This document shows, one piece after another, positions 21,695-32,521 of a stretch of 64,000 bases of DNA (position 1 is its first letter; each line of letters opens with the position of its first letter). Below the pieces are notes generated by a model that did no database searches, had not been told where the DNA came from, and saw only the letters and a list, made by a program, of their open reading frames with translations. Source of the DNA: Paracoccaceae bacterium (GTDB lineage Bacteria; Pseudomonadota; Alphaproteobacteria; Rhodobacterales; Rhodobacteraceae); contig JBJLGF010000034.1 of assembly GCA_045564975.1 (NCBI GenBank), positions 123,680 to 187,679 of the forward strand, given 5' to 3'. The position numbers were made by a program, and so were the translations under genes.

Positions 21695-22807
21695 ATGGCG
21701 CCCAAGAAGCCTATAAAAAAAGCGGCTTTCCCTCATGTGGTTGAGAGCGCTATTGATAAAAATTCGGGGCCTGAGGCTTTATATGCAGCACTCGACTTAG
21801 GCACCAACAGCTGTCGTATGTTAATTGCACAGCCAAAAGGTGCACAGTTTCATGTGATCGATAGTTTTGCGAAATCTGTTCAATTAGGATTTGGCCTTGA
21901 AAAAACTGGAAGATTAAGCCGAGACTCTATTAAACGTACTATTCAAGCCCTTCAGGTCTGTAAACAAAAGTTAGATAAGTATAATGTGCAATACGCCAGA
22001 CTTATCGCAACCGAGGCTTGCAGGCGTGCAAAAAACTCAAAAGAATTCATTTCTAAAGTTTATGAACAAACAGGCTTAAAGCTTAATATTATAGATACGG
22101 AAGAAGAAGCACGCTTAGCTGTAATTTCTTGTGCTCCATTAGTTAGCTCAAAGTCTGAACAGTTACTTGTTGTTGATATTGGAGGAGGTTCAACTGAACT
22201 TGTTTGGATTGATTTGACTTCCGTGCCATCCCAAGAAAGACCAAAATCCATAATGCGTTTACATGCCGGTTTTCATTCAGTTGAAAGTCCATTTGCCGCA
22301 GCCAAAGTGGTTGATTGGATTTCAGTACCCTTAGGTGTCGCGACCTTGCGTGATCAATTTAACGATGTAGAGGACGACGCCGCTAGATTTGCTTTAATGA
22401 GCTGGTATTTTGAAGAAAATTTGGCTGATTTTGCGCCTTATAAGCATAATAAGGTAGACAGCAGTTTTCAAATCATAGGAACTTCTGGTACCGTAACCAC
22501 AGTAGCATCCTCACATCTTGGTTTGCGACGTTATGACCGCACTAAGGTAGACGGGTTGAGAATGACCACTGAACAAATTGATAAGGTTATCCGTTCATAT
22601 CTGGAAATGGGGCCGGAAGGTCGAAAAAAAGACGTTAGAATTGGGCGTGATAGGCAGGCATTAATAATGTCTGGTTCAGCTATTTTGCAAGCGATGTTGA
22701 GAAGTTGGCCAACGGATAAGTTAACAGTTGCTGATCGTGGCCTGCGTGAAGGACTTCTTTACGCTCAAATGTCTGCAAATGGAGTGTTGGAAGACGCTAT
22801 TCTTTAA
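21695..22807 (+). CDS. ppx: Ppx/GppA family phosphatase
   Basis: [31 protein letters not shown]. Confidence 0.9.
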   Translation: MAPKKPIKKAAFPHVVESAIDKNSGPEALYAALDLGTNSCRMLIAQPKGAQFHVIDSFAKSVQLGFGLEKTGRLSRDSIKRTIQALQVCKQKLDKYNVQYARLIATEACRRAKNSKEFISKVYEQTGLKLNIIDTEEEARLAVISCAPLVSSKSEQLLVVDIGGGSTELVWIDLTSVPSQERPKSIMRLHAGFHSVESPFAAAKVVDWISVPLGVATLRDQFNDVEDDAARFALMSWYFEENLADFAPYKHNKVDSSFQIIGTSGTVTTVASSHLGLRRYDRTKVDGLRMTTEQIDKVIRSYLEMGPEGRKKDVRIGRDRQALIMSGSAILQAMLRSWPTDKLTVADRGLREGLLYAQMSANGVLEDAIL

Positions 22808-22845
22808 GAAAAGGCATAATTATTTATTTTCAAATTGATAAATTG

Positions 22846-23562
22846 ATGAAAAAAACAACAAAGGCTAAAAATACATCTGGACGTGGGCAGCGGGATCTTA
22901 AGATAAAGGTGAAATCGGCTCGAGGAAAAACAGTTAGTCAGGTTAAGTGGCTACAGCGTCAGTTAAATGATCCTTATGTTAAGCGAGCTCAACTCGAAGG
23001 TTTTCGAGGGCGGGCAGCATTTAAAATTTTAGAGTTGAATGAAAAATATAATTTTTTGGTACCAGGATCGAAGGTGGTTGATTTGGGTTGTGCTCCAGGA
23101 GGCTGGAGCCAAGTTGCAGTTGATTTAGTGAATGCACTTGGTGTGAAAAAAAATGTTAAAATTGGTTCAGTTATTGGAGTAGATCTGCAGGAAGTGGAAG
23201 TTTTGCCCGGAGCTAGGTTTTATCAACTTGACTTTATGGCGAACGATGCAGATCTCGAGGTCAAAAATATTCTTGAAGGAAAAGCAAATGTTGTAATGTC
23301 TGATATGGCGGCATCTTCCTCTGGTCATAAAAAGACAGACCATCTTAGAATAATGGCACTGTGTGAGGCTGCAGCTTATTTTGCTTTTGATGTTTTGGAA
23401 GAGGGTGGAACTTTTGTTGCTAAAGTATTGGCAGGTGGAGCGGAAAGCGATCTGCAAACTTTACTGAAACAAAAATTTACAAAAGTTTATAACGTTAAGC
23501 CTCCGAGCAGCCGATCAGATAGTTCAGAGAAATTTGTGGTTGCTCTAGGTTTCAGGGGCTAA
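22846..23562 (+). CDS. rlmE: 23S rRNA Um2552 methyltransferase
   Basis: [45 protein letters not shown]. Confidence 0.96.
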   Translation: MKKTTKAKNTSGRGQRDLKIKVKSARGKTVSQVKWLQRQLNDPYVKRAQLEGFRGRAAFKILELNEKYNFLVPGSKVVDLGCAPGGWSQVAVDLVNALGVKKNVKIGSVIGVDLQEVEVLPGARFYQLDFMANDADLEVKNILEGKANVVMSDMAASSSGHKKTDHLRIMALCEAAAYFAFDVLEEGGTFVAKVLAGGAESDLQTLLKQKFTKVYNVKPPSSRSDSSEKFVVALGFRG

Positions 23563-23661
23563 TTTTCATTATTGTCGCGGTTGCGTTTTAAATTGGTAAA
23601 TATAGCAAAGTTTTTGTTTTCTCTAACTGACATTTTATAAATAGTTATTTTGGAGAAAGAG

Positions 23662-24573
23662 ATGCCACTAAACCTTAATCGTGAAGTTTTTATAACCTGC
23701 GCAGTGACAGGATCAGGTAGCACGCAGGACCGCAGCCAACTTGTTCCTCGAAGCCCAAAAGATATCGCTTATAGTGCGATCAATGCCGCGAAAGCAGGTG
23801 CGGCCATCGTTCATTGCCATGTCCGAGACCCGGAAACTGGAAAACCCAGTAGAAATTTAGCCTATTATCGTGAAGTTACGGACCGCATTAGAGATGCGGA
23901 TGTAGATGTCGTTCTTAATCTTACTGCTGGCATGGGCGGTGATATCGTATTTGGTGGTACTGAAAACCCTTTACCAGTTGCAGAAGGAACAGACATGATT
24001 GGTGCTGAAGAGAGGGTCGCGCATATTATTGAGTGTTTACCCGAAATATGCACATTGGATTGTGGAACTATGAACTTTGCCGAAGCAGATTATGTGATGA
24101 CCAATACTCCTGGAATGTTGCAGGCAATGGGTTCGATAATGACTGAGGCGGGCGTTAAGCCTGAAATAGAGGCCTTTGATACTGGACATCTGTGGTATGC
24201 AAAACAGTTGGTGGCAGATGGGATTATTGGAGAAGATGTTTTAGTCCAATTATGTATGGGAGTGCCATGGGGTGCGCCAGATGATTTAAATACTTTCATG
24301 GCCATGGTGAATAATGTTCCTGAGAACTGGACTTTTAGTGCATTTTCTCTTGGAAGAAATCAAATGCCTTATGTCGCTGCAGCAATTTTGGCTGGAGGAA
24401 ATGTAAGAGTTGGATTGGAAGATAATCTTTGGCTTAAAAAGGGAGTTTTGGCCAAGAATGAAGATTTAGTATTGCGTGCAAGGGAAATTATTGAAGCTAT
24501 GGGGGCTAAAGTGATTGGACCTCAAGAGGTGCGAGATAAGTTAAACCTAAATAAAAGAGCTCCAATTAACTAA
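23662..24573 (+). CDS. cdhC: Beta-keto acid cleavage enzyme (3-dehydrocarnitine cleavage, CdhC-like)
   Basis: ITCAVTG, HCHVRDP, CTLDCGTMNF, VRVGLEDN; first gene of carnitine cluster. Confidence 0.88.
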   Translation: MPLNLNREVFITCAVTGSGSTQDRSQLVPRSPKDIAYSAINAAKAGAAIVHCHVRDPETGKPSRNLAYYREVTDRIRDADVDVVLNLTAGMGGDIVFGGTENPLPVAEGTDMIGAEERVAHIIECLPEICTLDCGTMNFAEADYVMTNTPGMLQAMGSIMTEAGVKPEIEAFDTGHLWYAKQLVADGIIGEDVLVQLCMGVPWGAPDDLNTFMAMVNNVPENWTFSAFSLGRNQMPYVAAAILAGGNVRVGLEDNLWLKKGVLAKNEDLVLRAREIIEAMGAKVIGPQEVRDKLNLNKRAPIN

Positions 24574-24620
24574 CTTAAAGCGTGAATGTTTAATACGCTA
24601 TCTGATGCAAAGGGTGATTT

Positions 24621-26021
24621 ATGAAAAAAGTAGCTGCAATTATTGGTGGCGGTGTCATAGGAGCAGGTTGGCTTGCTCGGTTTTTGTTAAATGGATGGGA
24701 TGTAAGAGTATTTGATCCCGATCCAGAAGCAGAACGAAAAGTTGACGAAGTGCTTTTAAATGCAAAAAGGGCATTGCCCATGTTGTATGATTTTGCACTT
24801 CCCAAAGAGGGTAACCTATATTTTTGTTCTACAATCAAAGAAACAGTCGAAGACGCATCATGGATACAAGAAAGCGTGCCAGAGCGTTTAGATATAAAAC
24901 AAGCAACTCTATCAGAAATACAAATATACTGTAAAAAGACAGCAGTTATTGGCTCTTCAACATCAGGATTTATGCCTTCTCAATTACAAGAAAACTCACC
25001 ATTTCCAGACCAGATAATGGTGTGTCATCCATTTAACCCTGTCTATTTGCTGCCCTTGGTTGAAGTCGTTCCTGGGAGTCAAACAAGTGATGAGCATTTT
25101 AGATCGGCAAAAATGTTGCTACAAGAGGTGGGTTTTTTCCCTTTGCATGTTCGAAAAGAAATAGATGCTCATGTTGCTGACCGATTTCTTGAAGCAGTTT
25201 GGAGGGAAGCGCTTTGGTTAATAAAGGATGGGATTGCTACAACAGAAGAAATCGATAATGCTATTAGGTATGGATTTGGCCTTAGATGGGCTCAAATGGG
25301 ACTCTTTGAAACCTATAGAGTTGCTGGTGGAGAGGGCGGTATGGCCCACTTTATAGAGCAGTTTGGTCCTTGTTTAAAATGGCCTTGGACAAAACTTATG
25401 GATGTTCCAGAGCTTACAAAAGAACTTATACAGGATATTGCAGATCAATCTGACAGCCAGTCAGGAAAATATTCGATTAGAGAACTTGAACGAATTAGAG
25501 ATGATAATTTGATCGTAATTTTGCGTGCTTTGAAACAACAAGATCAAGCCGCTGGCAAAATTGTAAATAGTCATGAAGAGAAAATAATTAATTTGGCAGA
25601 TATTTCTCCTAAAATGAGAACAGTGTCACGAAAAGTTCCAGTGGATTGGACTGATTATAATGGGCATATGAATGAAGGTCGTTACGGGCAGGTGTACAGT
25701 GATGCAGCTGATGGATTTCTCTGGGCGGTTGGCGCTGATAAGGCCTATGTGGCAACTGGTTATAGCTATTTTACGGTCGAAACATCAGTTAAATTTTTAA
25801 CTGAAACGCATGCTGGAGAGGACATCATAGTAGATACCACAGTCAAACTTATTGATGGCAAAAAGCTTAAACTTTTTCACTCCATGCAGCGTGCTGAAGA
25901 CGGTTGCGTACTATCTACTTGTGAACAATTTTTACTGCATATTGATATGAAAAAGCGAAAATCATCTGTGCCAATTTCGCCTGTTGCTGAAAATTTGCAA
26001 AACTTATCTATTAAAATTTAG
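24621..26021 (+). CDS. lcdH: L-carnitine 3-dehydrogenase fused to C-terminal hotdog thioesterase (CdhA/B)
   Basis: GGGVIGAGW, QESVPERL, HPFNPVYLLPLVE, C-terminal WTDYNGHMNEGRY thioesterase motif. Confidence 0.92.
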   Translation: MKKVAAIIGGGVIGAGWLARFLLNGWDVRVFDPDPEAERKVDEVLLNAKRALPMLYDFALPKEGNLYFCSTIKETVEDASWIQESVPERLDIKQATLSEIQIYCKKTAVIGSSTSGFMPSQLQENSPFPDQIMVCHPFNPVYLLPLVEVVPGSQTSDEHFRSAKMLLQEVGFFPLHVRKEIDAHVADRFLEAVWREALWLIKDGIATTEEIDNAIRYGFGLRWAQMGLFETYRVAGGEGGMAHFIEQFGPCLKWPWTKLMDVPELTKELIQDIADQSDSQSGKYSIRELERIRDDNLIVILRALKQQDQAAGKIVNSHEEKIINLADISPKMRTVSRKVPVDWTDYNGHMNEGRYGQVYSDAADGFLWAVGADKAYVATGYSYFTVETSVKFLTETHAGEDIIVDTTVKLIDGKKLKLFHSMQRAEDGCVLSTCEQFLLHIDMKKRKSSVPISPVAENLQNLSIKI

Positions 26022-26034
26022 GATTGGGAAGAAT

Positions 26035-27195
26035 ATGTTTTTTGGATTAACAGAAGAACAAGAAATGATCGTAAAAACGGTTAGAAGTTTTGTTGAAAAC
26101 GAAATCTACCCTCATGAAAATTTAGTTGAAAGTAAAGGTTCTGTGCCAACAGAAATTGCACAAGATATAAAACAAAAATGCATAAATTTAGGCTTTTACG
26201 CCTGTAATTTCCCTGAAAATATAGGCGGTGCCGGCTTAAACCATCTGGATTTTGCCCTAGTGGAGAGAGAGCTAGGTCGTGGATCAATGGCTTTAACTCA
26301 TTTTTTTGGTCGTCCTCAAAATATCCTTATGGCGTGTAGGGATGAACAGATTGAAAAGTATTTACTACCCGCTGTTCGTGGAGAACTTATGGACGCTCTG
26401 GCCATGACAGAACCGGATGCAGGGTCTGATGTAAGAGGCATGAAATGTTTTGCAAAAAAAGAAGGTGCGGACTGGATTGTGAATGGTACTAAACACTTTA
26501 TTTCTGGAGCAGAACACGCTGATTTTGTTATCGTTTTTATTGCGACGGGTGAGGAAAAAACCGAAAAAGGACCTAAAAAAAAGATTACGGCCTTTCTTGT
26601 CGACAGAGGAACTCCAGGGTTTGTAATCAGAGATGGGTATAACTCGGTCAGTCACAAAGGATATAAAAATATGATTTTAGAGTTTGATGACTGTCGGTTG
26701 CCTAAAGAACAAGTACTTGGTGAAGTTGATGGTGGCTTTGAGGTTATGAATACGTGGTTATACGCTACTCGGCTGACAGTAGCAGCGATGTCAGTGGGAC
26801 GGGCAAGACGCTGTTTTGATTATGCTTTGAATTATAGTGCTGAAAGAAAACAATTTGGCCAACAAATTGGAAAGTTTCAAGGTGTTAGTTTTCAACTAGC
26901 AGATATGATCACTGAAATTGATGCCGCAGATTTTTTAACGCTCAATGGAGCTTGGCGTCTGGATCAAAATTTATCCTCAAATAGAGAGATCGCGAGCGCA
27001 AAATTGTATGCGACTGAAATGTTAGCCCGCGTTACTGACACAACTTTACAAATTCATGGGGGAATGGGTTTGATGGATGATTATCCTATAGAGCGATTTT
27101 GGCGTGACGCGCGTGTCGAACGTATTTGGGATGGAACTTCAGAAATTCAGCGGCATATTATCAGTAGAGATCTGCTTCGTCCTTTGGGCTCCTAA
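26035..27195 (+). CDS. Acyl-CoA dehydrogenase (probable gamma-butyrobetainyl-CoA dehydrogenase)
   Basis: AMTEPDAGSD, NGTKHFIS, RKQFGQQIGKFQ, RIWDGTSEIQR; specificity inferred from context. Confidence 0.88.
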   Translation: MFFGLTEEQEMIVKTVRSFVENEIYPHENLVESKGSVPTEIAQDIKQKCINLGFYACNFPENIGGAGLNHLDFALVERELGRGSMALTHFFGRPQNILMACRDEQIEKYLLPAVRGELMDALAMTEPDAGSDVRGMKCFAKKEGADWIVNGTKHFISGAEHADFVIVFIATGEEKTEKGPKKKITAFLVDRGTPGFVIRDGYNSVSHKGYKNMILEFDDCRLPKEQVLGEVDGGFEVMNTWLYATRLTVAAMSVGRARRCFDYALNYSAERKQFGQQIGKFQGVSFQLADMITEIDAADFLTLNGAWRLDQNLSSNREIASAKLYATEMLARVTDTTLQIHGGMGLMDDYPIERFWRDARVERIWDGTSEIQRHIISRDLLRPLGS

Positions 27196-27219
27196 TTTTC
27201 CGTGTAAAAAGTGTTAACA

Positions 27220-29256
27220 ATGAACTCTCAATCCCGTTTAAAACGTTTATTTTCTCCAGAAAATGTAGCTGTAGTTGGTGGTGGTGTGTGGTGCCGTTCG
27301 GTTATAGAACAGCTTTTCAAAATTGGTTATACGGGAGAAATTTTTCCAGTTCATCCTGTAAAAAAAGAAATATTTGGCCTAAAATCTTTCAAGAATTTAG
27401 AAGATATCCCGCACAGAATTGATGCAACTTTTGTTGGGGTAAATCGTACTGCGACAATTGAGATTGTTGAAAAGCTGAATAGCATTAATGCCGGTGGTGC
27501 TGTCTGCTTTGCGTCTGGATTTTTAGAGGCGGAAAATGATAAAAAAGGCTCTGGAGAATTGCAAAAATCTCTTATTAAAGCTGCCGGCGACATGCCAATA
27601 TTGGGGCCGAATTGTTATGGGTTTATAAATTACCTAGATCGTTCGGCACTTTGGCCGGATCAGCATGGAGGAAAGGCAGTAGAACGAGGCGTTGCGATAT
27701 TAACGCAGAGTTCAAATCTAGCAATTAATCTCACGATGCAGAACCGTGGATTACCCATTTCACATATAATGAGTGTAGGAAATCAAGCTTGTCTTGGATT
27801 TGCAGAGATCGGAAAATATCTTCTTTCTGACCCCCGTGTAACAGCTCTTGGTCTTCATATAGAGGGCATAGGCGATTTAAGAGCCTTTGAAGAGCTGGCA
27901 AATGAAGCTCAAAAATTGGAAAAGTCTATAGTTGTGCTTAAGGTTGGGAAAAGTATGCAAGCGCGCAAAGCTGCACAGTCTCATACGGCTTCACTGGCTG
28001 GCGATGCACAAGGTGCCAAAAGTCTATTTGAACGCTTGGGAATTGCTGAAGTTGATAGGTTAGATGTTTTAATTGATACCCTGAAAATTCTTCACTTATA
28101 CGGTCCGCTACCGTCAAAAAATATAAGATCTTTATCGTGCTCTGGTGGCGAGGCGTCACTTATAGCTGATTTGGCCGAAGAATATGGTGTCCAATTTCCA
28201 ATGCTTGGAAAAGAAAATATATCTGAGCTACGTTCTGTTTTGGGTGAAATGGTTGCTTTATCCAATCCTCTTGATTATCACACTTATATATGGGGTGATG
28301 TCGAAGCTATGGCTTCGACTTTCACTGCGATGATGCGCGGGCATGAAGGAATAACGACAATCATCGTAGATTTTCCTAGAAAAGACACTTGCGATCCTTC
28401 GGCTTGGAATTGCGTTATTACCGCCGCAAAAAAAGCAAAAATCGTTGAAGATAAACCTTTAGCCTTAGTCTCAACTTTGTCTGAAAATATTCCAGAGCAG
28501 ACATCTTTTGAGCTTTTGGAGAGCAATATCATTACATTACACGGATTAGATACAGCTTTAGCTTCAATTTGTGCAGCATCATCAAATCAAACGCTGGTAA
28601 ATCCAAAGCCCATATTTTTATCTAATCCGACCGGGGAAAGTACTCTAGTGGATGAGTATGTTGCAAAAAAAAGTTTGGAAAAATATGGCTTGAAGATACC
28701 AAAAACAGAAAAATGTTTATTGAGTGATGCGCTTTTGGTTTCAGATCAAATTGGTTATCCTGTTGTCTTAAAAGCACTTGGCTCAGCACATAAAAGCGAG
28801 CTGGGAGAAGTTTTTTTAAACCTAGAAAATCAAGAATCTGTCAAAAATGCACTAAAAAAAATATCTAAAAAACACGTTATCATTGAAAAAATGATTGGTA
28901 ATGCGATTGTTGAATTACTTGTCGGCATTGTTCATGATCCAGCTCACGGGATGCTGTTAACAATAGGTGCAGGAGGAATTCTTACAGAAATCGTTTCCGA
29001 CACTTCATCCCTTTTGCTTCCCAGCAGTGAGGATGAGATAATCAAGTGTTTTAACCAACTTAAGGTATCTAAGATAGCTAAAGGTTACAGAGGGTTTTCA
29101 GGCGTAGATGTAAATCAAATAGTCGATGCAATAATGAAGATCCAAGAATTTGTTTTAGATAATAGAGATAAAGTTTTTGAAATAGAAATTAATCCGCTTA
29201 TTGTTACAAGTTCGGAGGTAGTAGTGGCCGATGCGTTGATAAGAAAGGTAAAGTAA
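27220..29256 (+). CDS. ADP-forming acyl-CoA synthetase family protein (probable gamma-butyrobetainyl-CoA synthetase)
   Basis: ILGPNCYG, SHTASLAG phospho-His loop, NPLD, HKSE, EIEINPL ATP-grasp. Confidence 0.85.
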   Translation: MNSQSRLKRLFSPENVAVVGGGVWCRSVIEQLFKIGYTGEIFPVHPVKKEIFGLKSFKNLEDIPHRIDATFVGVNRTATIEIVEKLNSINAGGAVCFASGFLEAENDKKGSGELQKSLIKAAGDMPILGPNCYGFINYLDRSALWPDQHGGKAVERGVAILTQSSNLAINLTMQNRGLPISHIMSVGNQACLGFAEIGKYLLSDPRVTALGLHIEGIGDLRAFEELANEAQKLEKSIVVLKVGKSMQARKAAQSHTASLAGDAQGAKSLFERLGIAEVDRLDVLIDTLKILHLYGPLPSKNIRSLSCSGGEASLIADLAEEYGVQFPMLGKENISELRSVLGEMVALSNPLDYHTYIWGDVEAMASTFTAMMRGHEGITTIIVDFPRKDTCDPSAWNCVITAAKKAKIVEDKPLALVSTLSENIPEQTSFELLESNIITLHGLDTALASICAASSNQTLVNPKPIFLSNPTGESTLVDEYVAKKSLEKYGLKIPKTEKCLLSDALLVSDQIGYPVVLKALGSAHKSELGEVFLNLENQESVKNALKKISKKHVIIEKMIGNAIVELLVGIVHDPAHGMLLTIGAGGILTEIVSDTSSLLLPSSEDEIIKCFNQLKVSKIAKGYRGFSGVDVNQIVDAIMKIQEFVLDNRDKVFEIEINPLIVTSSEVVVADALIRKVK

Positions 29257-30044
29257 TGCAATCTGATAGCCCGATTAAAACGAGCGAACGCAAACATATT
29301 TTAGAAGTTAAATTAGATCGACCCAAAGCTAATGCCATCGATTTAAAAACAAGTCGTATTTTGGGTGAAATTTTTACAAAGTTTAGAGATGATCCAAAAC
29401 TGCGCGTAGCAATTATAACCGGAGAGGGAGAAAAGTTTTTTTGCCCGGGTTGGGACTTAAAAGCTGCTGCAGATGGTGATGCCGTGGATGGCGACTATGG
29501 TATTGGTGGTTTTGGAGGCCTGCAAGAGCTGAGGGGACTGAATAAACCCGTTATCGCAGCAGTTAACGGTATTTGCTGTGGAGGTGGTTTGGAATGGGCT
29601 TTGAGCGCTGATATTATTTTAGCGGCCGAACATGCCACGTTTGCTTTGCCTGAAATTCGATCTGGTACCGTCGCAGATGCAGCATCAATTAAACTACCAA
29701 AACGAATACCTTATCATATTGCTATGGATATGTTGTTAACTGGCCGTTGGTTGGATGCAGAAGAGGCGGCTAAATGGGGTCTAATAAATTATATTCACCC
29801 TGCACAAAATTTAATGGATGAGGCTTATAAATTGGGGGAGCTTTTGGCTTCAGGACCCCCCTTGGTCTACGCTGCAATAAAGGAAGTTGTTCGTGAAGCT
29901 GAAAATATGAAGTTTCAGGATGCACTTAATAAAATTACTAACAGTCAGTTCGAAAGTGTAGAAAAGCTTTATAGATCAGAGGATCAAATAGAAGGTGCGC
30001 GGGCATTTGCTGAAAAACGTGAGCCTGAATGGAAAGGTCGTTAG
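29256..30044 (+). CDS. caiD: Carnitinyl-CoA dehydratase / crotonobetainyl-CoA hydratase
   Basis: DRPKANAID, KFFCPGWDLKAAA, GGFGG, EGARAFAEKREPEWKGR. Confidence 0.9.
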   Translation: MQSDSPIKTSERKHILEVKLDRPKANAIDLKTSRILGEIFTKFRDDPKLRVAIITGEGEKFFCPGWDLKAAADGDAVDGDYGIGGFGGLQELRGLNKPVIAAVNGICCGGGLEWALSADIILAAEHATFALPEIRSGTVADAASIKLPKRIPYHIAMDMLLTGRWLDAEEAAKWGLINYIHPAQNLMDEAYKLGELLASGPPLVYAAIKEVVREAENMKFQDALNKITNSQFESVEKLYRSEDQIEGARAFAEKREPEWKGR

Positions 30045-30086
30045 TTAGCCTAATCAAATGAAGAAGTATAGTTACTCTTTATAAAG

Positions 30087-30623
30087 TTAGACGAACCGAA
30101 CTTTCCCGATAAAAGAAAGGTTTCTATTTCTTTGGGCGTAGTCTATCCCATACCCGACGACAAACTCATCTGGTATTTCAAAACCAGTCCAATCTGCTTT
30201 AATTTCTGTCTCACGTCGGCTTGGTTTATCAAGCAAAGCTATAGTCTTTAATTTAGCTGGGCCTCTTGATAAAAGTAAGTTGGTTACATGATGTAGTGTA
30301 AAACCCGTATCAACTATATCCTCAACGAGAAGGACATCTTTTCCTTCAATAGCAGCTCTCAGGTCTTTTAGAATTCTAACCTCCTTGGATGAAACCATTT
30401 CATCGCCGTAAGATGATGCTTCAAGAAAATCTACTTCAACAGGTAAGTTAAGTTCGCGAACTAAATCTGCTATAAAAACAAAGGATCCTCTTAAAAGCCC
30501 AACAACAATAAGCTTGTCTGTTTCTTTAAACTCCAATTCAATCTCTTTAGCTAAGTACTCTATCCGAGCTGCTATAGATTTTGCAGAAATAAGATTATCG
30601 ACAACATAGTTTGATTGAGACAT
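30087..30623 (-). CDS. hpt: Hypoxanthine phosphoribosyltransferase
   Basis: [31 protein letters not shown]. Confidence 0.96.
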   Translation of the reverse strand: MSQSNYVVDNLISAKSIAARIEYLAKEIELEFKETDKLIVVGLLRGSFVFIADLVRELNLPVEVDFLEASSYGDEMVSSKEVRILKDLRAAIEGKDVLLVEDIVDTGFTLHHVTNLLLSRGPAKLKTIALLDKPSRRETEIKADWTGFEIPDEFVVGYGIDYAQRNRNLSFIGKVRFV

Positions 30624-30689
30624 TTGTTCCTCTTGAATTTAATTCATATTTGTTTGTAGTTAGAAAATAATTAAATGCAAAGGCTTGAA

Positions 30690-31133
30690 ATGACATCTCA
30701 CGCAGAAACAAAATATTTACCCTACACGGCTAAAGAGATGTTCGATCTAGTTGCTGATATTTCATCATATCCTGAATTTTTGCCATGGTGCGCTGCGGCT
30801 CGCGTAAGAAAAGAAGTGCAAAAAAAAGAGATTAAGCACATTGAGGCTGACTTAGTTATAAGTTTTAAAGTATTTAGAGAAAAATTTGGGAGCCGGGTAA
30901 TACTGGATACTTCGAAATTTACTATTGAAACAGATTACATAGATGGGCCGTTTAGGTACATGCATTCTGTTTGGGATTTTGAAAACTCGGAACAAGGCTG
31001 CGAGGTAAAGTTTAACGTTGATTTTGAGTTTAAAAATGCAGTGTTACAGAGTATTATTGGATTAGTTTTTAACGATGCAATGCAGCGAATAGTTAGGGCA
31101 TTTGAGAGAAGAGCTGCAGACCTTTATAACTAG
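30690..31133 (+). CDS. START-domain protein (RatA/PasT/Coq10 family)
   Basis: FDLVADISSYPEFLPWC, GPFRYM, AFERRA. Confidence 0.9.
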   Translation: MTSHAETKYLPYTAKEMFDLVADISSYPEFLPWCAAARVRKEVQKKEIKHIEADLVISFKVFREKFGSRVILDTSKFTIETDYIDGPFRYMHSVWDFENSEQGCEVKFNVDFEFKNAVLQSIIGLVFNDAMQRIVRAFERRAADLYN

Positions 31134-31147
31134 TTCGTTCGATGACT

Positions 31148-31174
31148 GGCGTCGAAGGGTTTAACTCCGACGCC
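31148..31174. terminator. GC-rich hairpin between convergent START-domain gene and amt
   Basis: ggcgtcg...cgacgcc inverted repeat; no long U-tract. Confidence 0.6.
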
Positions 31175-31180
31175 TAGAAA

Positions 31181-32362
31181 TTAGGAATTCACGTCATATG
31201 CACGTTCGCCATGAACGCTTAAATCAAGACCGTTCGTCTCTGTTTCTTCGTCAACACGTAGTGGCGCAATTAAAGATACAATTTTGATGAGAGCATAAGT
31301 TACAATAATGGTAAAAATTCCAACTGTAACAAGACCTGAAAGTTGGGTAATAACGGAGGTATAACCAAAAAATCCGATCATTAAAGTTCCAAAAATGCCT
31401 CCAATCCCATGAACAGCAAAGACATCCAAAGTATCATCGATATTAAACATATTTCGCACTAAGTTTACGACTTCTTGACAAAGAATACCTGCTATCGCAC
31501 CTATTAAGAGGGCTTGAAGCGGATCAACTGAACCAGCTGCAGGTGTAATTGAAGCCAGACCAGCGATTGTTCCAGTTACCATTCCAACCAATGAAGCTTT
31601 GCCAAATTTAAATCGCTCCCATACTGCCCAAGTTATTGAGGCCGCTGCTGCCGAAATATGTGTCACGGTAATTGCCATTGCAGCACCGCCGTCAGCAGCG
31701 AGTTGTGAGCCGCCGTTAAAGCCGAACCATCCTACCCAAAGCATCGCTGCGCCTATCATCACAAAGCCAGGGTTGTGGGGTGGAGTTGTTTTATGTCGGC
31801 GAGGACCAAGGAAAAATGCAATCATTAGAGCTGCAATTCCGGCTGTTTCATGTACTACGATACCCCCGGCAAAGTCGACCACTCCGATATCTCCTAAAAT
31901 CCCTCCGTTGGAAAGAATGCCGCCACCCCAGATCCAATGAACAACCGGTGCATAACACAAAAGCATCCAAAGGCTTGAGAAAATTAAAACAAAGGAAAAA
32001 CCAATACGTTCGACATAAGCTCCAACAATAAGAGCAGGGGTGATGATAGCGAATGTCATCTGGAATACGAAAAACAATACCTCAGGTAACGTTCCACTTA
32101 GTGAGCCTGAGTCAACACCTGAAAGGAAGGCTTTACCGAGACCACCCCAATAACCTGTAGAACCATCCCCAAAAGCGATTGAGTAGCCAAAAGCAAACCA
32201 CAACACGCTCATAAGGCAAGCAATTGCATAACAATGCATAAAAACGCTTAAAACGTTTCGAGCACGAACTAATCCTCCGTAAAACAATGAAAGCCCAGGA
32301 AGTGTCATAAACAAAACCAAGGCGGTAGCCACAATTATCCAAGCGGTGTCAGCACCAACCAT
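31181..32362 (-). CDS. amtB: Ammonium transporter
   Basis: FQMTFAIITPALIVGA, DFAGGIVVH, WVGWFGFNGGS, DDTLDVFAVHG. Confidence 0.95.
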   Translation of the reverse strand: MVGADTAWIIVATALVLFMTLPGLSLFYGGLVRARNVLSVFMHCYAIACLMSVLWFAFGYSIAFGDGSTGYWGGLGKAFLSGVDSGSLSGTLPEVLFFVFQMTFAIITPALIVGAYVERIGFSFVLIFSSLWMLLCYAPVVHWIWGGGILSNGGILGDIGVVDFAGGIVVHETAGIAALMIAFFLGPRRHKTTPPHNPGFVMIGAAMLWVGWFGFNGGSQLAADGGAAMAITVTHISAAAASITWAVWERFKFGKASLVGMVTGTIAGLASITPAAGSVDPLQALLIGAIAGILCQEVVNLVRNMFNIDDTLDVFAVHGIGGIFGTLMIGFFGYTSVITQLSGLVTVGIFTIIVTYALIKIVSLIAPLRVDEETETNGLDLSVHGERAYDVNS

Positions 32363-32471
32363 GATATAAATCCTTATTTTCTCCGTCCAACGCAGGTGAA
32401 ATCTTAAATTTCACATAAAACAAAGTGCAGGCTCGTCTAGAGTAGCCAATCTACAAAATATTTTTATTTTA

Positions 32472-32519
32472 TGATTAAAAAATAAGCGAAAATATAGTCT
32501 TATGACTAATTTTGCCGCA
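32472..32519. promoter_or_regulatory. Tandem putative NtrC binding sites upstream of amt
   Basis: 17-mers TGATTAAAAAATAAGCG (32472-32488) and TGACTAATTTTGCCGCA (32503-32519), resembling TGC-N11-GCA. Confidence 0.6.
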
Positions 32520-32521
32520 AT

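Noticed and set aside
30690-31133. RatA as a type II toxin-antitoxin system
   Set aside because: No antitoxin partner; the family is better explained as a Coq10-like ubiquinone-binding START protein.
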